32,000 nucleotides of DNA from Desulfovibrio sp. OH1186_COT-070. Lineage in GTDB: Bacteria; Desulfobacterota; Desulfovibrionia; Desulfovibrionales; Desulfovibrionaceae. This document shows, piece after piece, positions 8,289 through 17,492 of the stretch. Made by a program: the position numbers and the translations under genes. The first letter of the stretch is position 1. Every line of letters begins with the position of its first letter. The stretch covers positions 2,132 to 34,131 of the forward strand of contig NZ_RQYH01000025.1 in the NCBI RefSeq assembly GCF_003860215.1. Reading direction: 5' to 3'. The notes beneath the pieces were generated by a model. That model ran no database searches, had not been told where the DNA came from, and saw only the letters and a list, made by a program, of their open reading frames with translations.

Positions 8289-9374
8289 ATGAAAAAGTCA
8301 ATCCTGCTTTTGCTGTGCACCGCCCTGCTGGCGGGCACAATGCTTGTGGCGGCAGAATCCGGACAAAAGGATCACGGAGGTACGGCAGACATGAAGACAC
8401 AAAAAACCTCCGGCCTGCGGGACGCATACTTTGCGGGCGGCTGTTTCTGGGGGGTGGAGGAATATTTTTCCAGAATTCCTGGAGTGATGGATGTCGCCGT
8501 AGGGTATGCCAACGGCGAAAAAAAGAACCCCACCTATGAAGAAGTCTGCTCCGGAAAAACGGGCCATGCGGAAACCGCGCATGTGCGCTACGATCCGGCC
8601 ATTGTCAGCCTGCGGACTCTCGCCGGACAATTTTTCAAGATCATTGACCCGTTCAGCGTGAACCGGCAGGGAAACGATGTGGGCAGCCAGTACCGGACCG
8701 GGCTGTACTATCAGCATGAGGAAGACAGGAAGATTCTTGCAGACGTAATGTCGGAGGAAGCAAAAAAATACGGCAGACCGCTGGCAGTGGAACTGACGCC
8801 GCTGAAAAACTATTACCCGGCGGAAGACTACCACCAAGACTACCTGAAGAAAAATCCCAACGGCTACTGCCACATCAGTTTCGACAGCCTCAAGGATATT
8901 CCCGCCCGGACAACGGGCCTGGTGGACCCCCAAAAGTATTCCAAACCGTCTGAAGCGGAGTTGAAAAAACGCCTCACGCCGGAGGAATATGCCGTTACCC
9001 GGCAGGCGGGGACAGAGCGCGCATTTTCCGGAAAGTACTGGGACCACAAGGCAGACGGCATATATGTGGATGTGGTGACGGGAGAGCCGCTTTTTTCTTC
9101 CGCCGACAAATTCGATTCCGGGTGCGGCTGGCCAAGCTTTTCAAAGCCCGTTGATCCGGCTGTGGTGACCGACCATGAAGACCGCAGCCACGGCATGCTG
9201 CGGACCGAGGTACGCAGCCGCGTGGGGGATTCCCATCTGGGGCATGTTTTTGACGACGGGCCGAAAGAGAGGGGCGGTCTGCGCTATTGCATCAACAGCG
9301 CCGCCATCCGTTTTGTCCCTTATGACGAAATGGAAAAAGAGGGCTACGGAAACCTGAAACACCTTGTCCGGTAA
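8289..9374 (+). CDS. msrAB: Bifunctional methionine sulfoxide reductase MsrA-MsrB with N-terminal signal peptide
   Basis: Start is ATG 8289 with SD GAGGA. The signal-like N-terminus is [24 protein letters not shown]. The MsrA motif [10 protein letters not shown] is present. The MsrB region carries CGWPSF and the [11 protein letters not shown] catalytic Cys. Confidence 0.9.
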   Translation: MKKSILLLLCTALLAGTMLVAAESGQKDHGGTADMKTQKTSGLRDAYFAGGCFWGVEEYFSRIPGVMDVAVGYANGEKKNPTYEEVCSGKTGHAETAHVRYDPAIVSLRTLAGQFFKIIDPFSVNRQGNDVGSQYRTGLYYQHEEDRKILADVMSEEAKKYGRPLAVELTPLKNYYPAEDYHQDYLKKNPNGYCHISFDSLKDIPARTTGLVDPQKYSKPSEAELKKRLTPEEYAVTRQAGTERAFSGKYWDHKADGIYVDVVTGEPLFSSADKFDSGCGWPSFSKPVDPAVVTDHEDRSHGMLRTEVRSRVGDSHLGHVFDDGPKERGGLRYCINSAAIRFVPYDEMEKEGYGNLKHLVR

Positions 9375-9417
9375 ATCCGTCTGCACACAAAAGCACTCCT
9401 GCCCTGCACACCCGGCA

Positions 9418-9852
9418 TCAGAACAGATGCAGGGCAAGAGCCGCCACCACAAGATACCGGGCAAGCTTCGCCACTGCCACAATGGCAAGAAAGGACCAGA
9501 ACGGCTCGCGCAGCGCCCCGGCGGCAATGGTGAGCGGATCTCCGATCACGGGAGCCCAGCTTGCCAGCAAGGACCAGCGGCCGTATGCGTGATACCAGTG
9601 TTCCGCCTTTTTCAGATTTTTTTCCTGCACGGGAAACCAGGCTCGCCCCGCAAAACGCCGGGCGAGCCTCCCGAACAGCCAGTTGACGACAGACCCGAGA
9701 GTATTGCCAAGAGTCGCCACGGCAATCAGCAGCCACGGCGGCCCGCTTTGGGTTGCAAGCATCCCGGCCAGCACAAGTTCGGACTGGACGGGCAAAAGCG
9801 TTGCCGCAAGAAAGGCGGAGGAAAACAGCCCCCACAGCGCAAAGGCACTCAC
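9418..9852 (-). CDS. yqaA: YqaA-family (DedA-related) inner membrane protein
   Basis: Start is GTG at 9852. The product is colinear with E. coli YqaA as I recall it (LFSSAFLAATLLPVQSELVL..., GNTLGSVVNW, SWAPVIGDPL). Confidence 0.8.
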   Translation of the reverse strand: MSAFALWGLFSSAFLAATLLPVQSELVLAGMLATQSGPPWLLIAVATLGNTLGSVVNWLFGRLARRFAGRAWFPVQEKNLKKAEHWYHAYGRWSLLASWAPVIGDPLTIAAGALREPFWSFLAIVAVAKLARYLVVAALALHLF

Positions 9853-9860
9853 GCGCTACC

Positions 9861-9876
9861 TGCCATGTTTTTCACA
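9861..9876. promoter_or_regulatory. Second candidate CRP/FNR-type site (minus-strand reading TGTGAAAAACATGGCA)
   Basis: It lies in the divergent yqaA / DSD1-enzyme intergenic region. It shares the 13-nt core TTTTTGTGAAAAA with the site at 1195-1207, and 12 of 16 positions match over the 16-mer. Confidence 0.25.
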
Positions 9877-10001
9877 AAAATGTCCAACGGGCGGAAATAG
9901 TTGCAAGCAGATGCCGCATATGGCATATGGGCAAAACATCCCTGCCCGCAACGTGGCCGCAGGGACAGCAAGCCCGCAGAAACTCCGCACAAGGTTTTGC
10001 C

Positions 10002-11162
10002 ATGACCAACCTCTCCCATCAGGGCTTGTTCACCCCGGCCGGTTCCCTGGCCGCAGTGGATACGCCCTGCCTGCTTCTGGATCCCCAAAAAATGGACGCC
10101 AATATCGCCCGTTTGCGGCAGAGCCTTGAAGCCACGGGAACAGGCTTTCGCCCCCACCTCAAGACAGCCAAGTCCGTGGATGTGGCGCGGCGGATGTTTG
10201 CCCACGGGCACGGCCCGGCCACGGTATCCACCCTGGCTGAAGCCGAGGCTTTTGCGCAGGCGGGCTTTACCGACCTGACCTATGCTGTGGGCATCACCCC
10301 CTGCAAGCTGCCCCGTGTGGCCGCCCTCCACAGGCAGGGGACCACTGTAAGCGTGATTCTGGACAGTGTGGAGCAGGCCGAAGCCGTGGCGGATTTTGCC
10401 CGACGACATCTGCCCATTCCGGCTCTTGTCGAACTGGACTGTGACGGCCACCGGTCCGGCGTGTGCCCCGACGATCACGAACTCCTGCTGGACATTGCTT
10501 CCCGACTGGCCCCAGCCCCTCTGCTGGGGGTACTGACCCATGCGGGCGAAAGCTACCACGCGCGGGGCAAGGCGGCGCTGGCCGCCGCCGCAGAAAACGA
10601 GCGGGCCTGCGCAACGCGCGCGGCGCACATTCTGCGTGCCGCCGGACATGCCTGCCCTGTGGTCAGCGCAGGCTCCACCCCCACGGCTTTTTCTGCACAA
10701 AGCCGCCATGGCCTGACCGAAGTCCGGGCCGGTGTGTTTGTCTTTTTTGACCTGGTGCAGGCCGGTATCGGCGTATGCAGGCATGAAGACATTGCCCTTT
10801 CCGTGCTGGCCACTGTCATCGGGCATCAACCCAGCAAGGGCTGGATCATCATTGATGCCGGATGGACTGCCCTTTCCGCCGACCGTGGCACAGATTCCCA
10901 GGAAAAAAGCCAGGGGCTGGGCATGGTCTGCGACCTGAACGGCGTTCCCCTGCCCGGCCTGACAGTTCTTGACGCCAATCAGGAGCACGGTATCGTGGCC
11001 TGCCGCAACCCGGCGTGCATGCCCCACCTGCCTGTGGGCGCGCGGCTGCGCATCCTGCCCGTCCACGCCTGCGCTACCGCTACGCAACATGACCGATACC
11101 ATGTGCTCGGGCCGGACGGCAACGAAATCACAACCACCTGGCCACGCTTCAGGGGCTGGTGA
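10002..11162 (+). CDS. DSD1-family PLP enzyme (D-threonine aldolase / D-serine dehydratase-like, alanine-racemase N-terminal fold)
   Basis: Start is ATG 10002. The product contains the PLP-lysine motif RPHLKTAK. The C-terminal motif LRILPVHACATATQHD is typical of the D-Ser dehydratase-like domain. Confidence 0.8.
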   Translation: MTNLSHQGLFTPAGSLAAVDTPCLLLDPQKMDANIARLRQSLEATGTGFRPHLKTAKSVDVARRMFAHGHGPATVSTLAEAEAFAQAGFTDLTYAVGITPCKLPRVAALHRQGTTVSVILDSVEQAEAVADFARRHLPIPALVELDCDGHRSGVCPDDHELLLDIASRLAPAPLLGVLTHAGESYHARGKAALAAAAENERACATRAAHILRAAGHACPVVSAGSTPTAFSAQSRHGLTEVRAGVFVFFDLVQAGIGVCRHEDIALSVLATVIGHQPSKGWIIIDAGWTALSADRGTDSQEKSQGLGMVCDLNGVPLPGLTVLDANQEHGIVACRNPACMPHLPVGARLRILPVHACATATQHDRYHVLGPDGNEITTTWPRFRGW

Positions 11163-11256
11163 AATATTTCTGCTCTTGCCACTTCTCCGCAAAGGGCGGA
11201 AGGAGTGGCCTGGCGTATCCGAAAACATACAGACATGCTCTGCCAAAGGAAAAAAC

Positions 11257-11991
11257 ATGCTGCGCAAAATCATTCGCATTGATGCGGAAAAATGTAACGG
11301 TTGCGGCGCATGCGTCAACGCCTGCCATGAAGGGGCCATCGTCATGCGGGACGGCAAGGCCGCCCTTTTGCGCGATGACTATTGCGACGGCCTGGGAGAC
11401 TGCTTGCCGGCCTGCCCCACCGACGCCATCAGTTTTGAAGTGCGCGAGGCCCTGCCGTATGACGAACAGGCAGTGCTGGAAAACATGCGCAAAGCCCAGA
11501 AAACGCCTCCTTCCGGCGGTTGCCCGGGCAGCATGAGCAGGCGGATTGACGTACAGCATACGCCGGTTGCGGATACCGGGGCTGACCAGCCATCCTGTCT
11601 GGGGCAGTGGCCGGTGCAACTGCGCCTTGTACCGACCAACGCCGCTTTTTTTGACAACGCGCGCCTGCTGCTTGCAGCGGACTGCACGGCCTTTGCCTTT
11701 GCCTCCTTTCACCGGAAATTCATGGCAGGCAAGGTAACACTCATTGGCTGCCCCAAGCTTGATCCCGTGGATTATGCGGAAAAACTGACCGCCATCCTGA
11801 CGGACAATACTATCGCCTCGCTGGAAGTGGTCAGAATGAGCGTGCCCTGCTGTGGCGGCATTGCCGATGCCGCAGCACGGGCCGTGCAGAAGTGCGGCAA
11901 GGCCGTGGACTTCAGCGTGGTCACCATTACCCCCGAAGGCAAGCTGCTCACAATGCCGGCAGAGGGCTTGTCGCCCTTGGGCGCGCGGTAA
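11257..11991 (+). CDS. 4Fe-4S dicluster ferredoxin-domain protein with Cys-containing C-terminal domain
   Basis: Start is ATG 11257 with SD AAAGGA. Two cluster motifs are present, CNGCGACVNAC and CDGLGDCLPACP. The C-terminal domain carries GCPKLD and VPCCGG. Confidence 0.8.
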   Translation: MLRKIIRIDAEKCNGCGACVNACHEGAIVMRDGKAALLRDDYCDGLGDCLPACPTDAISFEVREALPYDEQAVLENMRKAQKTPPSGGCPGSMSRRIDVQHTPVADTGADQPSCLGQWPVQLRLVPTNAAFFDNARLLLAADCTAFAFASFHRKFMAGKVTLIGCPKLDPVDYAEKLTAILTDNTIASLEVVRMSVPCCGGIADAAARAVQKCGKAVDFSVVTITPEGKLLTMPAEGLSPLGAR

Positions 11992-12004
11992 TTTCAGGCA
12001 CCAC

Positions 12005-12055
12005 AAAGAGAGCGCACACCGCCTGACGCTATGCCAGACGGTGTGCGCTCTTTTG
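12005..12055. terminator. Bidirectional rho-independent terminator between convergent ferredoxin and ddh genes
   Basis: AGAGCGCACACCG (12009-12021) pairs with CGGTGTGCGCTCT (12039-12051) as a 13-bp perfect stem. It is flanked by AAA on the 5' side and TTT on the 3' side. Confidence 0.7.
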
Positions 12056-12080
12056 CGCGAGGCCAAAGGCCTCCCGCTGT

Positions 12081-13001
12081 TTATACCAGTCTGGCAATGT
12101 TTTTCATGCGGTCGCCGGGCAGCAGGGCCACGGGGGGCACGTCAATGAGCGTATGGCAGCCGGGGGCAAGGCGCGTGGCAGCCCGCGCGCACGCCACCAG
12201 CACCTGGGCCGTCAGGGCCGGATTGTTGATGCGCATGTCAAACTGCAAGCGCTGGTTGGCAACACTGCCGGAAGCACCGATGCGCTCCATGAGCACACCG
12301 TGGGAGGTGTCGGCCACAGCATCCAGTTCTTCCCGGCTGCCGACTTGGCGCACGTCCAGCGGATCACTGCTGAAATAGGGATCAGCGGCGATTTTCTGCC
12401 GGATGTCCTCAAAGGAGGCCCCGGCCGCAGGGAGAACATAGACCAGACGGGAATGCCTGCCGCCGCCCAGGGGGATGGTGATGGCGCAGGCATTTTCAAC
12501 CCCGGCAACAGAGCGCGCCGCCACAGAATGCCCCATGGAGCGTCCTCGGCCAAAGTTGGTAAAGGTTGTTCCTGTGGGCGTCATGGCTTCAAAAAGAGCG
12601 CGGAACACCGAGTCTGTTCCCGGATCCCAACCCGCAGCCGTGATGCAGGTAGCCTCCGCTGCCCTGGCCGCTGCATCCAGATCCGCCACCAGTTGGGGGA
12701 TCTCCGCATGGATGTCGAAGCTGTCCACAGCGTTGATGCCTTTTGCCAGATACATGCGGGCATCGGCAGGCACATTGCGGGAAGGACCGCACAAAATCAT
12801 CACATCGGGCTTTCCCCCGACGGCCGTCAGATCTTCAAGAGAGCCATAGTCCGGCACGCCTTGCAGGGCAAAAGGCTGCGTGCCCAGCGAAGAAGCCCGG
12901 CGCACCACACCCAGGCACTGACAGTCCCCGGACGCAAGCAGGCAGTCAATGACAGCCCTGCCGATATTTCCCAACCCGTGTACCGCTATTTTGATCGCCA
13001 T
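12081..13001 (-). CDS. ddh: meso-Diaminopimelate D-dehydrogenase
   Basis: Start is ATG 13001 with SD GGGAGG. The product begins MAIKIAVHGLGNIGR (Rossmann motif). It is colinear with Ddh proteins (GWDPGTDS, FTNFGRGRSMGHS). Confidence 0.88.
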   Translation of the reverse strand: MAIKIAVHGLGNIGRAVIDCLLASGDCQCLGVVRRASSLGTQPFALQGVPDYGSLEDLTAVGGKPDVMILCGPSRNVPADARMYLAKGINAVDSFDIHAEIPQLVADLDAAARAAEATCITAAGWDPGTDSVFRALFEAMTPTGTTFTNFGRGRSMGHSVAARSVAGVENACAITIPLGGGRHSRLVYVLPAAGASFEDIRQKIAADPYFSSDPLDVRQVGSREELDAVADTSHGVLMERIGASGSVANQRLQFDMRINNPALTAQVLVACARAATRLAPGCHTLIDVPPVALLPGDRMKNIARLV

Positions 13002-13213
13002 ATGCGCCTCCCGGCTGTTGGCATTTTTTCCGTTGCGCAACAAGGATGCGGAGCATCCCTGAACCGCACCGACAGTTCAAAAATACTCCGCAAAAAAACA
13101 CTTCACGGGGAAAAAATCAACCAGGAAGGAAAGCCCGCAGGCGCGCCGATTTTCGGCAAACCCTGCACACAGAACTGCCTTCGGCAGGTTTCAGGCGCAA
13201 AAAATACTGTGCA

Positions 13214-13489
13214 TCAAAAATCGCTCAAACATTCCCGCAAAGAAGATACACCGCAGGAGTGCACCATCTGGAGGGGAATATTGCGCGAACGGGCAACCTG
13301 TACAGCCTTGCGCCGGGCTTCATGGGAAATTTTGTTGGTAAAGACAATCATGGCGTCAGGGTTTCCGATTTTATTCACAAAATTTCGCTCGTTGCGAGCA
13401 ATACATTTCAGGGAGTGGCCCTGCTCTTCAGCAGCAGAAATATATTCCTTGTGCAGACGATCCATTCCGCCGATAAGGGTGACGCACAT
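13214..13489 (-). CDS. DUF2325-family small protein
   Basis: Start is ATG 13489 with a strong SD (AGGAGG). The product begins MCVTLIGGMDRL... and contains DAMIVFTNKISHEARRKA, the pattern typical of DUF2325. Confidence 0.75.
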   Translation of the reverse strand: MCVTLIGGMDRLHKEYISAAEEQGHSLKCIARNERNFVNKIGNPDAMIVFTNKISHEARRKAVQVARSRNIPLQMVHSCGVSSLRECLSDF

Positions 13490-13662
13490 GTGAACCTCCT
13501 TCTTGCGTCGCAGACATACCAAGCGACGCCCTTGGTTCCTTCTTTAATTGAAAAAGGATTTCAATGTCAACAGAAAAGTACAGAGAAAATCATTTTTCTT
13601 CGGCAAGATGCCCGGTTCTGCATTTTTTGCACAGCCGCCGCAGGCACGGTTCGTCTGCCTTT

Positions 13663-14763
13663 TCAGAACGCAGAAGCCCTACGCGGCGCCGCAGTGGACC
13701 CGCGCACAATGAGCTTGTGGCCGTACTCCACCCGGGTTATGTTCCGCCGGAAGGCAAGCCCCCTGATTTTTTCATGCAGAATTTCCAGAGCATTGCGCCC
13801 CTTGTCGCGCATATAATGCTCAACCGTAGTCAGGCCCACGCCGGCGAAGCCCGAAGGGAAAATGTTGTCAAAACCACATACGCTGTAGTCCGCAGGAACG
13901 GAAAATCCGGCCCCGCGCACAGCGTCAATCACGCCATAGGCCAGCATGTCGTTCATGGCTACAAAGGCGGTGATTTTTTTCTCGCCAAGGCACTTTTCCG
14001 CCAGTTCCTGCCCGATAACATATTCTATCTGCAAATTTTCCAGTTCTGTTTCCGGCCTGATGTCTCTGCTTTTCACCAGAATGCCGCCTTGCGGGCATAG
14101 CCGGGAAAAAGTGTCGCGCAAGCCCTGCAAGCGTTGCGTGCGGATGGGGTTGGCCCGGTCCAGGGTGGTTGAAATATAGGCCAGATGCCGATGCCCCAAT
14201 TCGTGCATATGCCGGGCCACGAGGCTTCCGGCCTCATAATTGTCCAACTCCACGGCGTCTGTATTGAGGTTCTGCCGCCTGTCACCGATAACGACCACGG
14301 GCAGCTTCCCGTCGACTTTTTCCAGCACTTCCTGCGGATGGGCCAGCATGGCGAAAATAATGCCCGACATGCCCATGCTGCGCGCCAGATGCAGTGCCGC
14401 CAGTTCGCTTGCAAGGCTGCGATAGGTTGTGTGTATGCAGGTGGCATATCCCCTGTGACTGGCAGCCTGCTGGACTGCCTGAATGACCGTGGAATAATAG
14501 GGATTTGTGATGTTGGGCGCCACGATAAGCACTGACGGGATGCTTGTGTAACCGGCAGCGCGCCCCGCACTGCGGTAGCCCAGACGCTCGGCAGCCGCAA
14601 AAACGGCGGCAACGGTTTCGTCGGAAAACGAAACGCCGTCACGCCTGTTGAGCACCATGGACACCGTCGCCGGGGAAACTCCGGCAGCCTGCGCCACATG
14701 CGCCAGCGTGACCTTTTTCGTGCCGGACGACCTTTTCTCCTTGTCGCCTGTCCCTGCCGTCAT
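13663..14763 (-). CDS. LacI-family transcriptional regulator
   Basis: Start is ATG 14763 with SD AGGAGG. The N-terminal HTH is VTLAHVAQAAGVSPATVSMVLN, followed by a periplasmic-binding-protein-like sugar-binding fold. Confidence 0.85.
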   Translation of the reverse strand: MTAGTGDKEKRSSGTKKVTLAHVAQAAGVSPATVSMVLNRRDGVSFSDETVAAVFAAAERLGYRSAGRAAGYTSIPSVLIVAPNITNPYYSTVIQAVQQAASHRGYATCIHTTYRSLASELAALHLARSMGMSGIIFAMLAHPQEVLEKVDGKLPVVVIGDRRQNLNTDAVELDNYEAGSLVARHMHELGHRHLAYISTTLDRANPIRTQRLQGLRDTFSRLCPQGGILVKSRDIRPETELENLQIEYVIGQELAEKCLGEKKITAFVAMNDMLAYGVIDAVRGAGFSVPADYSVCGFDNIFPSGFAGVGLTTVEHYMRDKGRNALEILHEKIRGLAFRRNITRVEYGHKLIVRGSTAAPRRASAF

Positions 14764-14870
14764 GAAAACCTCCTGTCTGGCCCAACTGTCCCACACCGCA
14801 AGGTACATGGCAAGCGTGCCAAAACTTCGACATCCGTCAGGCACAGAAATATATTTTAATAAAAATTTAA

Positions 14871-14900
14871 TTGACATAAAAAATTTTTCCACGGTAAGAT
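14871..14900 (+). promoter_or_regulatory. Candidate sigma70-type promoter for the MFS/phosphodiesterase operon
   Basis: TTGACA (14871-14876), an 18-nt spacer, then TAAGAT (14895-14900). It sits inside a strongly AT-rich intergenic region. Confidence 0.3.
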
Positions 14901-15035
14901 GCGCTTTATCATAGAGTAAACACGAGAGATGGATAAAATTAACAAAAACTATTTTTTGGACTCAGCATACTAAAAATCAGTAAAATTTTAACCTGCCAAC
15001 ATGGCGCACACATTGCCGCCCCGGAGGATGCCTGT

Positions 15036-16379
15036 ATGGACGACCGCTCACAGCAAAAATATGTTCCTTCCAAAAGTGAAATGCGCAAAGTCGTTATCGC
15101 CAGCCTGCTTGGCGCCACCATTGAATGGTATGATTTTTTCCTCTACGGCGTGGTGGCAGGCATTGTGTTCAACAAGCTCTACTTTCCTACCACCGATCCT
15201 TTCATGGGCACCATTCTGGCGTACAGCACCTTTGCCATCGGCTATCTTGCGCGGCCCTTTGGGGGCTTTCTTTTCGGGCATTACGGCGACAAACTGGGGC
15301 GCAAGCGCATGCTCATTCTCACCATGCTCATCATGGGCATTGCCACCGTGGGCATTGGCCTTGTGCCGACCTACGCCTCCATCGGCATTGCCGCGCCCAT
15401 CATCCTGCAAACGCTACGCCTGTGTCAGGGCCTTGGGCTTGGCGGGGAATGGGGCGGTGCTGTGCTCATGACCTATGAGTACGCCAGCGAACGCCAGAAA
15501 GCCTTTTATGCCAGTATTCCCCAGATGGGCCTTGCCACCGGGCTGTGCCTTTCTTCCGGTATGGTGGCCCTGCTTTCATGGCTGCTGGACAACGACCAGT
15601 TTCTTGCCTGGGGCTGGCGAATCGCCTTCCTGCTCAGTATCGTTCTCATCGGCGTTGCCCTGTATGTGCGTATGCACATTCTGGAAACTCCCGAATTCCG
15701 CAGGGCGGAAGCCAAGGGCGACACCCGCAAAAAAAACCTGCCCATTGTGACCGCATTCAAAAATTATCCCGGAAACATTGCTCTGGGCGTAGGCGCCCGG
15801 TGGATAGACGGCGTATTTTTCAATGTTCTGGCGGTATTTTCCATTACCTATCTCGTGCAGCAGATCCAAACCTCACGCACTGAAGCGCTGACTGCGGTGA
15901 TGCTCGCGGCATTGCTCATGTGCCCCTTCATCCTGATCGCAGGCCGCCTGGCCGACCGTTTTGGCCGGGGGCGCGTCTACGGCCTCGCCAGCCTTGCCTG
16001 CGGCATCTCCATTTTTCCCTCGTTCTGGCTTATGCAGAGCAGTGGCGGCAACATGCTCCTCATCGGTCTGGCCATTGCCATCCCCCTGAGCATTTTTTAT
16101 GCGGGTGTTTTCGGACCCGAGGCCGCCCTGTTTTCAGACCTGTTTCCGGCTGAGGTGCGGTACACGGGAATTTCCATCGTCTACCAGTTTCCGGGTTTTC
16201 TTGTCGCAGGTATCGTGCCCGGCGTATGCACAGCCCTGATCCAATGGAATGACGGCGACCCCCTGTATATCTGCATATTTGTGCTCGTGGCTGCGGCCAC
16301 CAGCGCACTCTCCGCCTTCACAATCCAGGCACGACACGACAGGGCCGCGGCGCGGACTGCGGGCTCCCCGCAGGAGTAA
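15036..16379 (+). CDS. MFS transporter, metabolite:H+ symporter (MHS) family
   Basis: Start is ATG 15036 with SD GGAGG. The product contains TIEWYDFFLYG, GHYGDKLGRKRML and GGEWGGAVL, the MHS family motifs seen in KgtP/ProP/ShiA-type transporters. Confidence 0.85.
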   Translation: MDDRSQQKYVPSKSEMRKVVIASLLGATIEWYDFFLYGVVAGIVFNKLYFPTTDPFMGTILAYSTFAIGYLARPFGGFLFGHYGDKLGRKRMLILTMLIMGIATVGIGLVPTYASIGIAAPIILQTLRLCQGLGLGGEWGGAVLMTYEYASERQKAFYASIPQMGLATGLCLSSGMVALLSWLLDNDQFLAWGWRIAFLLSIVLIGVALYVRMHILETPEFRRAEAKGDTRKKNLPIVTAFKNYPGNIALGVGARWIDGVFFNVLAVFSITYLVQQIQTSRTEALTAVMLAALLMCPFILIAGRLADRFGRGRVYGLASLACGISIFPSFWLMQSSGGNMLLIGLAIAIPLSIFYAGVFGPEAALFSDLFPAEVRYTGISIVYQFPGFLVAGIVPGVCTALIQWNDGDPLYICIFVLVAAATSALSAFTIQARHDRAAARTAGSPQE

Positions 16380-16383
16380 CCCC

Positions 16384-17205
16384 ATGCGCATACTGCAACT
16401 GTCAGACACGCACCTGCGGGGCGACCACAAATTGTCCTTCGGGGTGGTGGATACCCGACGCTGCCTGAATGAAGCAGCAGATCATCTGAAAAGTCTGGAA
16501 CAACAGCCTGACATCGTCGTTATTACGGGAGATCTGGCCGACAGCGGCGATCTGGACGCATACCACATTCTGCGCGACACGCTGACGCAGCTTGGAATTC
16601 CCGTCCATGCCGTACCGGGGAATCACGACAGGCGCGACCGCATGCACGCGGTCATACCACACTGGTGCCCGGCCAAGGAGGATATCGCACCCTACCTCTG
16701 CCATACAGTGGAAAAAGAAAACCTGCGGCTGGTACTGATGGATAGTATGCATCCCGGATCCCACTCCGGGCATCTGCACGCCCAAACGGGTGACTGGCTT
16801 GAACGCGAACTGGCAAAGCGCCCCGATACACCCACCCTGCTCTTCATGCACCACCCTCCGTTCCTCACAGGCATGGGAGCAATGGACGAACCTTTCGAGA
16901 ATGTGGAGCGCCTTGGAGCCATTGTCGCGCGCAATCCGCAGTTACGTCTGTGTTTCGGGCATATGCACCGTCCGATCATAACCCAGTGGCACGGGCGTAC
17001 AGCCATGACGGCACCGGCAGTTTCCATGCAGATAGACCTTGACCTCTCGCCCGGAGGCGGCGACACCTTCCGCATGGAGACGCCGGGCTATCTGCTGCAC
17101 CATTTCGACAACGGCGTGTGGAATTCCCACGTCTGCCAGATTGCCGTACAGGCCACGTTTGCCGGGCCGTATCCCTTCGTCGGTTCGGTCAATCCCACCC
17201 AATAG
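16384..17205 (+). CDS. Class III metallophosphoesterase, GpdQ/CpdA-like phosphodiesterase
   Basis: Start is ATG 16384, 5 nt after the MFS stop. The product contains DTH...GDLADSG...GNHD...HHPP...GHMH metal-ligand motifs. It is colinear with Enterobacter GpdQ as I recall it. Confidence 0.85.
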   Translation: MRILQLSDTHLRGDHKLSFGVVDTRRCLNEAADHLKSLEQQPDIVVITGDLADSGDLDAYHILRDTLTQLGIPVHAVPGNHDRRDRMHAVIPHWCPAKEDIAPYLCHTVEKENLRLVLMDSMHPGSHSGHLHAQTGDWLERELAKRPDTPTLLFMHHPPFLTGMGAMDEPFENVERLGAIVARNPQLRLCFGHMHRPIITQWHGRTAMTAPAVSMQIDLDLSPGGGDTFRMETPGYLLHHFDNGVWNSHVCQIAVQATFAGPYPFVGSVNPTQ

Positions 17206-17308
17206 GGCTGCGGCACAGAACACGCCTCCCCGTGCCCGCCTTGCACTGCACAGGCGAACAGGAGAGGCATTGCTTTTTTATCTCTCTGGTGCCCCTTTGA
17301 AATTGCGG

Positions 17309-17351
17309 TAAAAACAAAGAAAGGGCTTGCGGCATTTCTGCCATAAGCCCT
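17309..17351 (-). terminator. Rho-independent terminator downstream of tRNA-Arg
   Basis: Minus-strand transcript reads AGGGCUUAUGGCA-GAAA-UGCCGCAAGCCCU. That is a 7+4 bp stem with a 2-nt internal mismatch, followed by UUCUUUGUUUUU. Confidence 0.7.
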
Positions 17352-17357
17352 GAAAAG

Positions 17358-17434
17358 TGGCGCGCTCGAAGAGATTCGAACTCCTGACCTACAGGTTCGT
17401 AGCCTGTTGCTCTATCCAGCTGAGCTACGAGCGC
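17358..17434 (-). tRNA. tRNA-Arg (anticodon ACG), CCA encoded
   Basis: The reverse complement GCGCTCG-TA-GCTC-AGCTGGATA-GAGC-A-ACAGG-CTACGAA-CCTGT-AGGTC-AGGAG-TTCGAAT-CTCTT-CGAGCGC-G-CCA folds as a canonical cloverleaf. The acceptor stem pairs perfectly and the anticodon loop is CT-ACG-AA. Confidence 0.95.
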
Positions 17435-17492
17435 ATCAATCTCTATTTTTTATCGTATGGGGGGAATGAACGTCAAGCGTCCTTTTTCTCCG

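Noticed and set aside
8289-9374. Selenocysteine forms of MsrA/MsrB
   Set aside because: Both catalytic positions are encoded as Cys (GCFWG and RYCINS), and the ORF is uninterrupted.
9849-11357. 502-aa ORF on the minus strand, plus the similar antisense ORFs 12153-13493 (+), 28701-29903 (-), 29956-31131 (-), 1244-2404 (-) and 6828-7997 (-)
   Set aside because: Each overlaps, in antisense, a gene with clear homology-type motifs and a proper SD. All have Arg/Gly/Ala/His-rich low-complexity translations.
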